Origin: a virus
Taxonomy: Duplodnaviria; Heunggongvirae; Uroviricota; Caudoviricetes
Strand: one strand, 5' to 3'
DNA: 64,000 bases
Virus record (IMG/VR): IMGVR_UViG_3300010213_000001
Span: 32,001 to 96,000 of that record
The notes under the pieces were generated by a model. It was not told the origin of the DNA, did no database searches, and worked only from the letters and a program-made list of their open reading frames with translations. The position numbers and the translations under genes are program-made. Positions 30,435 to 42,300 of the stretch are shown one piece after another; positions within the stretch are counted from its first letter, which is position 1; each line of letters starts with the position of its first letter.

Positions 30435-33400
30435 ATGCCAGAACCTAAAAAACTTAATAGAGAGATAGACTTCAGTAAAGTTATTGAAGCTGGAATGCAA
30501 TCAGGTAGTACATTGTCACCTATACAATTAGCTGGGTTATTAGATTACGAAAAGACTAATTTTGGAAGTGCGACTACTTTTAAGTTAAATGAAGATAATT
30601 TAAGTCAGTATACTCCTGAAGTAAAGAATAAAATAAAAGACTTATATACTCAAACACAAGCAGTGTATGGAGCATATAAACAAGCTGGAGCATTTCCAAT
30701 AAAAGCACCTAGATTTGGTAAAAATAAGGTAATGGAGCTATTCTATCCAAATATGGAATACTCTAAAGGTATAAAGTATGATGCTCCAGATTTAGAGTTC
30801 TACTGGAATGGTAGTATGGTTCCTTCTAGAAATATGACTAGTCAAGAGATTAGAGATATAGCACCATTCTATTTAGATACTAAGGCAAATGAAATAAAGT
30901 CTCTAGATAAAACTAAATTAGAGCAATTTTCTGATGGTTGGAGTTTCTCTAATATTGGACAAAGTTTTATCAATGATCCTTTAAAAGCTATTAAAACAGG
31001 ATTAGGCATTGAATTACCAAATGTAAATGACAGTATTGCAGATCTTGGGTTTTCTACTAATCCTAAACTAGCTGTAGCTAATTATGGTGATATTGCTAAG
31101 CTTAATACAGAAGAAGGTAAAGCAGCTGCACAAATGTTAGCTTTAGGTATTGTTAATCCTAGAACAGAGTATAAGAAGAAAGCTGATGATGGTGCTGAAT
31201 ATTATTTATGGAAGACATTAGATGAAACACATGATAGTTTCCAGGAAGAAGTTAGAAGTGTGTGGGGTCCTAAGACTATGTACCACAATAACTACTTTTC
31301 AGAAGGATTAGAGGCTGCTAATGACTTTTTAATGAATAGTTTAGATGGAGCTAATTTTATATTTAACTATGCTCCAAAGAAGATTATAGGAGGATTAGGA
31401 TCCAGATATTTATTTGATGGCACATTTGATAAGCAAATAGAGAAGGAATATAATGCTTATAATGCTTGGTCATCTTCTAGGAAATCTCAAGCATCTGAAG
31501 AAGATGCTGAATCTTGGACGTCTAATCCTATTAATTTTACTAAAGGTATAATAGATGGAGCTGCTCAACTAGCATTGACATTAGCAACAGGAGGGCTTGG
31601 AAAAGGGCTAGTATGGGGAATGGGTAAAGCATCAGCTTCATTAAGTGCTAATAACTTATTAAAGTTGTCTGCCAGACGAGCTCAGAACTTGGTTACTGTT
31701 CCAGCTACAGCTTATGGATATTCTTATGCTGCCTCCGCAGCCAATAAGGAGGCTCGTCAAGCAGGAATAAACCCTGAAGCAGCTATGATTATGTCTGGAA
31801 TAGCAGCAGCAGCTATAGCTGGTTCAGAGCGATTAACTGGTGGTAATTGGGTAAAGAAGTTATTAGGTAAAGATATAGCTCAAGGATATGGATCTAAAAT
31901 AGCTAAGGAACTAACAACAGAAGTTATGAGAGCTAATAGATTAAATAATACTAGCTTGATAACATCTGATGTATTAAACTCTGAAGCATCCAAAGGAGCG
32001 ATTAAGAAAGTTTTAGGTGCAGCATATGATTATATATCAAAAGATGCAGAGACTAGAACAGGAGCGTTATTACAAGGATTCCTAAAGGAAGGTGTTCAAG
32101 AGTTAACTGAAGATAGTATAAATAAGCTTAGTCAAGCAGGTTTTAATCTAGTTGGAGACATTACAAAGAAAGTTGGACTTGATTGGATAAATGATAAAGA
32201 AAGATATAAGATAGAAACTAATAATCTATTTGAAGACTTATTAGGTTCATTTGTTATTGGTGGTATTGTAGGAGGTGGAGCAGGTGCTATGCTTCATTCT
32301 AAACCTAAGGTCGATGAGCAATTAGAAAATAATAGATCATATTGGTTAGTTGACTTAGCACTAAAAGGAGAGAAAGAACAAGCTAGATTCTTTGAAGAGT
32401 TAGAGGATATGAAAAAGAACGAGCTTTTAGGTATAGCTGACTTATCTGCAGAGGTTGATAAAGATAGTAAAAATGGATTAGTTAGAAAGCTATTAGGCAA
32501 TAAGGCGACAAGAAAGACATCAGATTTAGAGATAGATGACAATGAATTTAATTATAATTTATTTAAGGCTAAAGCAGAGTTTGTGTTTGGTGAAACAGCT
32601 AGAGTTAGTAAGTTATTAGAAGATTCTATTGGAGAGCCTATAGATAGAGCTAATAAGAAAACTGCTGGATTAATTTCTGATATATTAGGATTAAGTCAAG
32701 AACCAACTTCAAATGAAGGTATGTTCTCTATTAAATCTTTATTACCAGAATACAACACTAATGTAGTAACTATAAAAGACTCAGAAGGTAATCTAGTAGG
32801 TATAAGTCAAGAGAGATATGATGAGATTACTCAGGGAAAGTCTATTGAAGAGATTAATAAAAACTTTAAGATCTTAACTCCATTAGAAAGAGCTCAAGAG
32901 GAGGCTAGAATACTAACAACATCGCTTAATCAAGCAATACATTCAGAGAGTATTTTTGTTAAATCTCAATTAGAGAAAACAAATAATAGAATAGCTCACT
33001 TACTACAAACTAAAGAGAATAATGCCGACAGTAAACTAGCTGCCATTAACCCTGATAATATCATATCATACAATGGTAATATGAAGGCTATTAAACGGGA
33101 AGATAGTAATGAAATAGATAACACTGAAGCATATTTTGATAAAGAAGTAAAATTAGAATTCTCAGAAGCTCAAAAGAAATTAAGAAATTTAGAAGAAGAT
33201 AAAGATATAAGAAAATCAATTAATTCTATTAAAGATCTAGAGAAACAGTTAGAAGAGTTAGAGTTTAGATCTAAGAGAGAACCAGAACTAAGAGAGTTTC
33301 TAGATAAACAAAAAGAAGACAAGTTAAAAGAAATCGAAGTTGCAGAAACTCAATTACATGAACAAATAGAGCAGAAGGGATTAGTATCTAGTGCTAAAAT

Positions 33401-36400
33401 AAAAGACTTAGTATCTTTATTAAGAACAAAAGATACTTACAATAATTATTTAACAAATAACTTAACTACTAGACTAAATTACTTTAAAACTAAATCTATT
33501 ATTAATGCGGCTGCTTTTAATAAATTAGGTAATTTAATTAGTAAAGCTGCTGAGAATGGAGTATCTAAGAGAATTTTATCTCCTTACACAAAAGAAGAAA
33601 AAGATAGAAGAAAGAGATATTATGTTAATAGAATTAAGTCCGAAGAGCAAGCAGCTAAAAAGCTAAATGAAGAACAGAAGTTAAAATCTACGGAGTTAGC
33701 AAAGAAGATAACTGAATCTAAAGAAGGCTTCACAGAATCTATTGCAGAAGAACTAATTAAATATTTTGAAGAAAATCCTTTAGCTGGTAGAACTCAGGAA
33801 CTATCAGACTTACTTATTGAAAATGTAACAGATATTTCAGCAGAAATATCAAAGTTATTTCAGGGTATTAGCCAATATGCTGTTGATGAAGCATTCTTAA
33901 TACAGTTAGATGGTCAAACAACTGTGCCTGGTATATTAAACTCATTAGAAAAGCAGGCACTAGCTTATAAAGAGTATAATGATACATCTGAAGTAATAGA
34001 AGCTGCATCTACATCTTTTAGATTACTATCAGATTTATTAAATAATCTAAATAATAAAAATATATCTTCTAAACTATTAGAAATTAAGAAAGCTTTAGGA
34101 ACAACTGAAGTATTTCCTTTAATTCAAGAACTTATAACTTTAGTTGAGACAGAAGTAGAAAATGTAGAAGAGTTATTGAAAAAGAGCAAGTTTGATACAG
34201 ATACTAACTTTCCAACCCCAACTATTTATGAAGCTTATACAGAAGTAGATATATCAAACAGTATAGAAGAATTTATACAAGATATAATTAGAAGTCATAG
34301 TGACAACACTATATATAAAAACATAATAGAAGATTTTAAGTCTACTAGTGATAATCCTAAAGCATCCAGAATAAATTTTGTTAATAGATTTAATAATAAG
34401 CTACAAGGCATCCTAAAAAGAGATATCCTTGGTGATGTTACTCAAGAAAAAGAAGAGGATCTAGAGAAAGAGTTTTACTTAAATGATCATTCTATTCTAA
34501 TAGATAACAGAAATATAGCTATTCCTACAGAAATAGAAAATAATCTTAGATCATATTTATTAGATGAATGGGATGAGATAGATGTCAATAAATTAACTGA
34601 GAATGTTAAGAAGTTGTACGAGCCATTACTTTCTATAGTACTAGATCATTATGTTGATAAAGTCAATGGTAATACATTACCAAGCTCTATATTTAATGAA
34701 GATTCTAGTATTGATAGATTATTACTAGATAGATTAACTTCAAGAGTAGATGAAGAAGGTAGATTAGAACTAGAAAAAATCTCACGAGTGTATCAAGAAT
34801 TAGTAATGTATAATGCTTCAAAAGTAGAAGGGTATACAGACATGAAGTTGGAAGATTTCAGTGCCTTCTCTAGAGCTGTGTTAAGTATATTAACTGGAGA
34901 GCAAGTTATAGAAAAGGTAGGACTAAAACTAAAGTCAAGACTTGTACAAGATACTGAATATAGAGCTAAGTATCTAGATTACTATTCTAAATTACTAAAA
35001 GAAATAAATAGCTTGTTAGATGAAGACGATGAGACAAACACATTATTAGATACACTATCAAATAATATAATTGACCTAGAAACAGAATTAGGAATAAAGT
35101 TAAATGAAGATCTTCCTACTGAAGAAGGTAAATCTAAAGAAGTAGATTCAGCAATTAATGTGTTGTTATCAGATTTAAAAACTATAGAACTACAAGTTAG
35201 TAATAGGATTAATAAATTACCAATAGGTGAATTAAATACATTAATTAGAAAGGTTACTGAAGATTATTCAGCAGAAGCAATAACCAATTTATATAAAACT
35301 GAGAATGGTGAGATTGAATCTCCACTAATGCCTAGAACTAAGTTATCTACAGAAGAATTAGAAGCTAAGATTAATTTCTTACAAGCATTATATACAAATA
35401 AGCTAGATAAGTTTTATACAGCACTCCACGATACTGTCAAACTAACTAACTTTAATGAGGATTTTATTAGTACATTTGAACAGCAACAAGTAACTAAAGG
35501 ATTGTATTCATTATACTCTAATAACAAGAGAAACGCTTTTCATAAAGAACTATCAGCAATTATAAATGAAGCTAATATTAGCAAGAAGTCTGTTTTTTAT
35601 AATGATCAAGGAATACAAAGAAATGTCAAATCTAATAAAGATAGAATTAGAGCATTATCAAATATGATGATGGTAAGAGGATACGCTGGAGTTGGTAAGA
35701 CTACCTTTGTTATAAAAGAAATTATGAAGATTTTGAGTCAGTTGGAAGACTATAAAGGAAGAAAAGTTAGAATATTGGTATCAGCTCCTGGAGCTAGTCA
35801 ATTAGAAACTATAGGTAAATCTGTAGCTGAATTACAAGATTTCTTAAAACAGAATAACATAGATAATATAGAGATAAGTCTTAAGAATCTAGATTATATC
35901 AAGAGTACAGAAAATTTAAGTAGTTTGTATGATTCAATCATTATTGATGAAGCAACTTTAGTATCTAGACAAGATACTATGCATAATATTACTGGTAGCA
36001 TTAGCCTATTAGATAGATTAATTGAATTTGGTAAGCCAGTAATTTTAACTGGAGATGAAATTCAAAAAAGTAATGGTGACTTTGGATCTAGTCCTTGGAC
36101 TAGAGGGAATCCTTCAGCTGCTTTTTACATACCAAGGACAACATCTTTAGTTAATCCTATGAGAACAGGTAAGATAGACTCTTTTAACTTACAAAAGAAT
36201 CTTATATCCTCTATTGTAGAATTATCTAAATTAAATGAAATTTATATAAGAGATGGTGTGGATTATGTTGCGTCTAATAAGGATATTATAAAGTTATTAG
36301 GTAGTAAGCCAATAAAAGTTAGTAAATCAAACTTTGCTAATATTGCTGCTAGAATACTAATTAATACTCTTTATAAGCCCACAAATACTAGATTCAGTGT

Positions 36401-39353
36401 TAAATCTGGAGATATAGAAGAGGGTGTTAGAGTACTAAAGAATGGACTGAGTAACAGTGTCGCTTCTTATTTTAAGACACATATACAAAATGATCCTAAC
36501 AGTGGAGCTAGATTAATTGTTATAAATCCAGACCAAAAAGATAGTTCTGGAGAGGAGAAATTAAAAGAACAGATAAGAAAGCAGTTTGATCTACCAGCAA
36601 ATATGATATTAACAGCAACTGAAGCACAAGGTAAATCAATTGAACATGTTTATTTGTATACACCTGAGAGTATAGATATGGATTCTTCTACACTACTAAT
36701 GTTCTTAAAAGATCTCTTTGTTGGTATTAGTAGAGAGAAGAAGTCCGTAACATTATCATTGCCTAGTATAACTGGAGTTGATAGTGCTATAACTAATGGA
36801 GTGAGTTCTATTTCTGTTGCCAATAATACTTTAATTAATAAGTTTACATCATCTTTAGGTGAAGATGGTAAGATAAATCAAGACTTACTAAATAGACAAA
36901 TATCTACTGTGAATCTACTAGAACTTTATACAAATAATATAAATAATATTAGTGATGATTCTTCTACTGAAGAAGTTGATACTCCTCTAAAACCTAACAA
37001 ACAAACTACTGATCAAGGAGAACCAGCGTTGGCTATAGATGTCTCTAAAGACAAAGTATATAATATAGACGATGCTCCAGACATTAAGATAAGCAAGTTA
37101 GAAGAAGAGATAGCTACACTAGAAAATGCTTTAACTAAAGCAACTGAAGCTAATAATCAAGAAATAATAGATAGGATAACTCCTATATTAAACAGCTTAG
37201 TACAGGATAAGTCAGACATAGAACGTGCACTTGAGTTGGCTCAGGCAGCTTCTGCAGAAAGTGTCAAATTATCTGATAGGGTGGAGCTTGGTATCAAATT
37301 AGTATGGTATTCTATAGATAAAGAAGGAAATAATATATATAGTGATATTATAGTAGAAAATATAAATAGAAACAATAACAGAGTGACTATTAGAGTCGTG
37401 GATACCGATTCTACAGTAGAATTAAATCTATCAAGTTTAGATAATACTATATCCAATGTTCCCGTTTTCCAGTTACCTGGAGAAATGTTACAAGTACAAC
37501 AGACAGTTACTATTAATTCTTCTCAATCAGTTGTTGAACCTACTACTAGTAAACCAGACAAGATAGATAAAGTGCAGGAGAAAGATGATATAGTTATTGG
37601 AACTGAAGTTCAGGTTTACAACACAAAAACACAAACTTATAAATCTAGTCATGTTGTTGAAGTATCAGCAAATAGTATAACTATAAAATTTAATAGTGGT
37701 ACAATTGCTAGAGTAAAAAGGAACAGTTTAAACAACAAGATTGGAAGTATTCCTCAATATAGAATAATTAAAGATGTAGAAGATGAGCAGGACTTGAATA
37801 GTAAGATAACTAATAAATTAACTTTCTCTCCTCTAACAATTGCTGAAGATCAAGAAGTAAGCAAGATTGTAGAGAATTTTAAACTATTCTTAGAAGACTT
37901 GTTTAACCAGAACAATCAATTAATTAGTCAAGACTTATTCTCTGATCTTACAGCTCTAGTAGGTTCTTTTGTATCGACATTAGATACTAAACTAAATCAG
38001 GCTATATCAGATGGTATCATTTACATGATATCTAAAAATAATTATATAGTATTGAATGGTAAGAAGGTTAGATATAATAGAACTCAAGTAGTTAATGACT
38101 TTACAAAAGTAGCGTATGATGTAGTCAGAGAGTACAGACAAAAGTATATAGATAGTAATGAAAATGTTGAAGCTGACTCAATTGTTGAATTGTTAGATCA
38201 TATTATAGGATCGATAGGATCAGTTAAAATAGCATTATCTAATAATATTAAAGCTAAAATAGATTTATTTAATTCCAAATCTGTAAATGTGAGTAAGTCC
38301 ACTAGAACTGTAATATCAGAAGAAACATCAAAAGCTGAAGATAGAAATGAGCAGGAGTTTAAGGAAATATTAATGTTGAATGGAATTTTAACTCCAGCAA
38401 TAGAAAAACAAATAGATAATTTTAGTAAGTATGTCTTAGGTGTAGATAGTGTAAAATACACAAAGGCAGATATACAAAATATAGCAGATACATCTATAGA
38501 AAAGCAGGGAAATAAGACTATACTCAATATAATTATATCTACTAGAGATATAACAGATAAGAGTGCTATTATGCCTTTAATTGCTTATAAATTAACTAAT
38601 AGTATTCCAGCTTTAGTAGATGAAGATCTTATGAATTACATTCATTTTAGGGGAGTTGGTAGAGTACCTAATAGTGTATTTTATAGCGACTCCAAAGTCA
38701 ATTTTGCGTCTATGTTTTATCCAGTAGTTACTAAGTTTTTTAGTGCTGTTGAAGCAGACAAATTAAGATTAAATAGTGCTATTAATTTAGCTGCAAATAA
38801 CTTACCAAAAAATAAACAAGAGCAGTTTAAAAGATTAGTGAGTGAAGATGTATTCTCAGATAGGATTATTCGTATCTTGTCACAAGAGCCTATGACATCT
38901 AAAGAGAAATTAGAATATAATAAACTATTGTTTTCTATCTTAAAACAAATATATAAAGATCCTAGAATAGCTGACGTTGCTAGAGGTTTTAAGTTAATCA
39001 ATGAAAATGGAGAATCTATATCCTTATTAGGAGAAATAACTAGAGTCTCTATTGAGACGATAACTATGGGTAAGAAAGGAGTAATAGATAACTTACAAAG
39101 TATAATAAATACTATAACTGAATTAAGTGCATTAAGAATGGAACATGCTAATATACATAGTTCTGAAACAATAATTGTTGAAGAGCAAAACGAAACTACA
39201 GAAAATAAAATAGAGAATGAATTAGCTAATGATTTTGAATTAAATGAGTTAGTGATAAAGGAGGAGTCTATGATAGATTTAATCAATACTATATCTACAG
39301 CATTAGATACTGATATACCTTTAGATATTCAATTCTTTAAAAACTGTTTATAA
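30435..39353 (+). CDS. Giant ejection protein with N-terminal membrane-inserting segments and a superfamily-1 helicase/ATPase domain
   Basis: 2972 aa. Gly/Ala hydrophobic helices at ~31560-32295 and long coiled coils. Walker A GYAGVGKTT (~35679-35705), Walker B IIIDEA, LTGDEIQ, TATEAQGKSIEHV and FVGISR correspond to SF1 motifs I, II, III, V and VI. Confidence 0.75.
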   Translation: MPEPKKLNREIDFSKVIEAGMQSGSTLSPIQLAGLLDYEKTNFGSATTFKLNEDNLSQYTPEVKNKIKDLYTQTQAVYGAYKQAGAFPIKAPRFGKNKVMELFYPNMEYSKGIKYDAPDLEFYWNGSMVPSRNMTSQEIRDIAPFYLDTKANEIKSLDKTKLEQFSDGWSFSNIGQSFINDPLKAIKTGLGIELPNVNDSIADLGFSTNPKLAVANYGDIAKLNTEEGKAAAQMLALGIVNPRTEYKKKADDGAEYYLWKTLDETHDSFQEEVRSVWGPKTMYHNNYFSEGLEAANDFLMNSLDGANFIFNYAPKKIIGGLGSRYLFDGTFDKQIEKEYNAYNAWSSSRKSQASEEDAESWTSNPINFTKGIIDGAAQLALTLATGGLGKGLVWGMGKASASLSANNLLKLSARRAQNLVTVPATAYGYSYAASAANKEARQAGINPEAAMIMSGIAAAAIAGSERLTGGNWVKKLLGKDIAQGYGSKIAKELTTEVMRANRLNNTSLITSDVLNSEASKGAIKKVLGAAYDYISKDAETRTGALLQGFLKEGVQELTEDSINKLSQAGFNLVGDITKKVGLDWINDKERYKIETNNLFEDLLGSFVIGGIVGGGAGAMLHSKPKVDEQLENNRSYWLVDLALKGEKEQARFFEELEDMKKNELLGIADLSAEVDKDSKNGLVRKLLGNKATRKTSDLEIDDNEFNYNLFKAKAEFVFGETARVSKLLEDSIGEPIDRANKKTAGLISDILGLSQEPTSNEGMFSIKSLLPEYNTNVVTIKDSEGNLVGISQERYDEITQGKSIEEINKNFKILTPLERAQEEARILTTSLNQAIHSESIFVKSQLEKTNNRIAHLLQTKENNADSKLAAINPDNIISYNGNMKAIKREDSNEIDNTEAYFDKEVKLEFSEAQKKLRNLEEDKDIRKSINSIKDLEKQLEELEFRSKREPELREFLDKQKEDKLKEIEVAETQLHEQIEQKGLVSSAKIKDLVSLLRTKDTYNNYLTNNLTTRLNYFKTKSIINAAAFNKLGNLISKAAENGVSKRILSPYTKEEKDRRKRYYVNRIKSEEQAAKKLNEEQKLKSTELAKKITESKEGFTESIAEELIKYFEENPLAGRTQELSDLLIENVTDISAEISKLFQGISQYAVDEAFLIQLDGQTTVPGILNSLEKQALAYKEYNDTSEVIEAASTSFRLLSDLLNNLNNKNISSKLLEIKKALGTTEVFPLIQELITLVETEVENVEELLKKSKFDTDTNFPTPTIYEAYTEVDISNSIEEFIQDIIRSHSDNTIYKNIIEDFKSTSDNPKASRINFVNRFNNKLQGILKRDILGDVTQEKEEDLEKEFYLNDHSILIDNRNIAIPTEIENNLRSYLLDEWDEIDVNKLTENVKKLYEPLLSIVLDHYVDKVNGNTLPSSIFNEDSSIDRLLLDRLTSRVDEEGRLELEKISRVYQELVMYNASKVEGYTDMKLEDFSAFSRAVLSILTGEQVIEKVGLKLKSRLVQDTEYRAKYLDYYSKLLKEINSLLDEDDETNTLLDTLSNNIIDLETELGIKLNEDLPTEEGKSKEVDSAINVLLSDLKTIELQVSNRINKLPIGELNTLIRKVTEDYSAEAITNLYKTENGEIESPLMPRTKLSTEELEAKINFLQALYTNKLDKFYTALHDTVKLTNFNEDFISTFEQQQVTKGLYSLYSNNKRNAFHKELSAIINEANISKKSVFYNDQGIQRNVKSNKDRIRALSNMMMVRGYAGVGKTTFVIKEIMKILSQLEDYKGRKVRILVSAPGASQLETIGKSVAELQDFLKQNNIDNIEISLKNLDYIKSTENLSSLYDSIIIDEATLVSRQDTMHNITGSISLLDRLIEFGKPVILTGDEIQKSNGDFGSSPWTRGNPSAAFYIPRTTSLVNPMRTGKIDSFNLQKNLISSIVELSKLNEIYIRDGVDYVASNKDIIKLLGSKPIKVSKSNFANIAARILINTLYKPTNTRFSVKSGDIEEGVRVLKNGLSNSVASYFKTHIQNDPNSGARLIVINPDQKDSSGEEKLKEQIRKQFDLPANMILTATEAQGKSIEHVYLYTPESIDMDSSTLLMFLKDLFVGISREKKSVTLSLPSITGVDSAITNGVSSISVANNTLINKFTSSLGEDGKINQDLLNRQISTVNLLELYTNNINNISDDSSTEEVDTPLKPNKQTTDQGEPALAIDVSKDKVYNIDDAPDIKISKLEEEIATLENALTKATEANNQEIIDRITPILNSLVQDKSDIERALELAQAASAESVKLSDRVELGIKLVWYSIDKEGNNIYSDIIVENINRNNNRVTIRVVDTDSTVELNLSSLDNTISNVPVFQLPGEMLQVQQTVTINSSQSVVEPTTSKPDKIDKVQEKDDIVIGTEVQVYNTKTQTYKSSHVVEVSANSITIKFNSGTIARVKRNSLNNKIGSIPQYRIIKDVEDEQDLNSKITNKLTFSPLTIAEDQEVSKIVENFKLFLEDLFNQNNQLISQDLFSDLTALVGSFVSTLDTKLNQAISDGIIYMISKNNYIVLNGKKVRYNRTQVVNDFTKVAYDVVREYRQKYIDSNENVEADSIVELLDHIIGSIGSVKIALSNNIKAKIDLFNSKSVNVSKSTRTVISEETSKAEDRNEQEFKEILMLNGILTPAIEKQIDNFSKYVLGVDSVKYTKADIQNIADTSIEKQGNKTILNIIISTRDITDKSAIMPLIAYKLTNSIPALVDEDLMNYIHFRGVGRVPNSVFYSDSKVNFASMFYPVVTKFFSAVEADKLRLNSAINLAANNLPKNKQEQFKRLVSEDVFSDRIIRILSQEPMTSKEKLEYNKLLFSILKQIYKDPRIADVARGFKLINENGESISLLGEITRVSIETITMGKKGVIDNLQSIINTITELSALRMEHANIHSSETIIVEEQNETTENKIENELANDFELNELVIKEESMIDLINTISTALDTDIPLDIQFFKNCL

Positions 39354-39363
39354 TATAAATGAT

Positions 39364-42300
39364 ATGTTAAAAATTACTTCAATAATATGCTCGTTCATAA
39401 ATAGAGCAGCTGTTAAGTTAAATGCTGAATCATTAATAAAGTCCCTAATGATGTCGTATAGAGAAGATGTTAAATCTCTAATGGATATAGTATCTCTCAA
39501 TATAAAGATGGGCAGTATAATGCAAGAAGCTTTAGAGCAGAAAGATGAAAATGGTAATAAACCTAATCCAGATGCTATGTATTTGGGGGCGTTCATGGCT
39601 ATGAACAGTATTTACCCTCTTGTTCTTGCTGCTGAGACAAATCCAGCAGCATATGACGCATTAAATAAATTAATGGGCGGAGCTTTAGATTATTATCCAG
39701 AAGCTTTAAGTACGGAACTAAACTTTGCTAAGCAATATCTACAAGGGGATGAAAATGGTAGCGTAAAAGATAATATTTTATCCCAACGTAAGTCTTCTTT
39801 AGATATGTATGATTTTGTTCAGTTTATTACACCAGAATTACCTATTGAGTTAGCTACTGATACAGATGCAAATGATATTGATAATCCTATACTAGATAAT
39901 GACACAACAATAGATGATTACAATGAGACGGAGTTAAATAAGGCTAAAACTACTATAGAGCAATTTGCGGATCAGGTTAGTGATGCTAAAACTAATACAA
40001 CTATAGAAGAATTGCCCGAACTCCAAGCTGATGGAGACCCAGATATAGATGAAGATGATTTATCTCAAGATCAAGACAATGAAGATATATTTGATGATTT
40101 TGATATAGATGATGATGATAATGACACTAAGCCATTTACAAATGAAGAAGTTGAAGAGTTGGAATTAATAAGTAGATTAAAAGAAGTATTTGACAATGAA
40201 GAATTTCCAAGATTAAATAACTCTAATATATCTGACTTTTTTGAGTTTATAAAATTAAGTGATATTGCAGACAGAGAGGTGCTTAGTACAGACGTTAACT
40301 CATCTGAAGTATTATTGTTTGTAAATAATGGATTAAATAGAGAATACTCAATTATTATAAATAAAGACCTAAAGGGGAGTAAGTATATATATACTTATAC
40401 TCTGAATTCTGGACCTGATAATTATATTCCTATGTCAGGCAATTTAAGAGAGTTAAGTAATTTAATTGCTAAAAAGTACAAGTTTGGAAGATTAGGTAAG
40501 ATTAATCCTTCAGATATATATGATCTTGATAAAGACATTCCAGCTCGTAATGTTGTTAGAGACAATAATAATCAAGCTATAACTTATGCTAATACATTAC
40601 CTGTAGAATTACATAGTATAAGTCTCTTTTCACAAAATGCTCAAGTTACTAGGGATTATCTAAGATTAAAGAATTTAATATTTGGAGAGTTAATGTCCAA
40701 GTCATCTACAGATATAGTTCTAGATGAAGATACTTTAAGAAAGGTAGTAATGAAAGCATTCACAGGTATGGTAGGGTTGAATAATGCCAATAAATTAGCA
40801 GTATTAAATAACTATAGATTTAACCTGGTAATTGAAAAGGATACAGTATCTTATCCACAAGATAGAGTAGTAGCATCAACTATAAGATTTAAGGATAAAT
40901 CTGGAAGTACTACATACTATACACCAGAAAGATTAACAACATCAATACATATACAAGACGCTTCTGGAAATTATGTAGATTTAAGTAATATAGGAGTCAA
41001 CTTACCAAACATAATAAAATTAAGTAACTTAAGATTACCTAACTCCACAAGTGATTTTAGTCCTTATGCTGAAGAGTATTATAAGCTACAATCTGCTCTA
41101 AATACTAGATTAATTCAAGGAGATGGTCCTATTGTAGCAACAGGTTTGGTTATAGAAGCTAATAATAAAGCTGAGCAAGACCTACTTAATATCTATCAAC
41201 CTCCGCAGTATTACAATGGAGTTGGTAGTGAAGTAAATCAATATAGACTTCATATTAATGAAAGCTATAGAATAGGTAATACTGATGTTGAATTATCAAC
41301 TCAAGAGTTATTAGAGATAGGAAATAATCTTGTTATAATGAAATCTCTAGGTTATGATGTACATCTAACAAGTAGAGAGTTGTATGATATGCTTATGGAA
41401 GTTGAAGATGATTTTATAGAATCTACTACTTCAATAAATTCTATGAATAATAGGATGCTAACCATATTAAATAATATCGCTCAAGATAATCCAGCATTAC
41501 TAGCGAGTAAAGATAAATCATCAGTATTTTATATACTGAAGTCCATTAGAGATAATGAGAATGGAATAGCTTCAAGTGAACAGTTAGAAGAACTTTCAAA
41601 ATTTAGAGAATTACTAAAACAGCCTTTAACTTTTCCTCAATACTATCATTCTTTATTATTAAAGGAGTTAGGATTTTCAACAACAGAAAGTATTATTGCA
41701 CAACCTGGAGATTTTTCTGGAAATAGTGCTGTAGTATATAAATCTGAGAATACTGCTATACTATCTAAATCAGATAGATATAACAGTACGCCATCTATTC
41801 AATCTAAGAACTCTAATGCTTCTGTGGCTTTAACTTCTAGAAGTAAGATAACTCCATTAGATTTGATGCAAGAATCTTTAGAATCTCCTGAATCTAAGAA
41901 GTCTTTACTAGGAGTGACTCAAGCACCTTATTTCTATGCTCAAACTTTACAATATATCAAAGGATTAGAAGATAGGTTGAATAGGTTAGATACTGAGCCT
42001 ATAACTATAGGAACATACGTTAGGCATGAGAATGAGACATACATTGTTATACAAGACAATATGTCTGGAAACAGAGTACAGTTGTATAATCCAAAGATTG
42101 GAGTTAATTCTAAAATAGTTGTAGATAGATCATCTATATCATCTCTAAATAAGAAAGGTACTTTTGTACAATACAAAGGTAAAAACTATTTGGTAACTGA
42201 TAGTGATGTCATAATATCAACACTAACATATTCTCAAATATTTGAAAAGCCAAACGCTACAAGTAAGGCAATTATTGATGAGAAGTATAAGATAGTTGAG

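Noticed and set aside
39325-39364. Possible +1 frameshift joining the 2972-aa and 4649-aa genes (downstream frame open from 39325 over TTC TTT AAA AAC)
   Set aside because: There is no stimulatory element, the downstream gene has its own ATG with an A-rich leader, and a short overlap is expected by chance.
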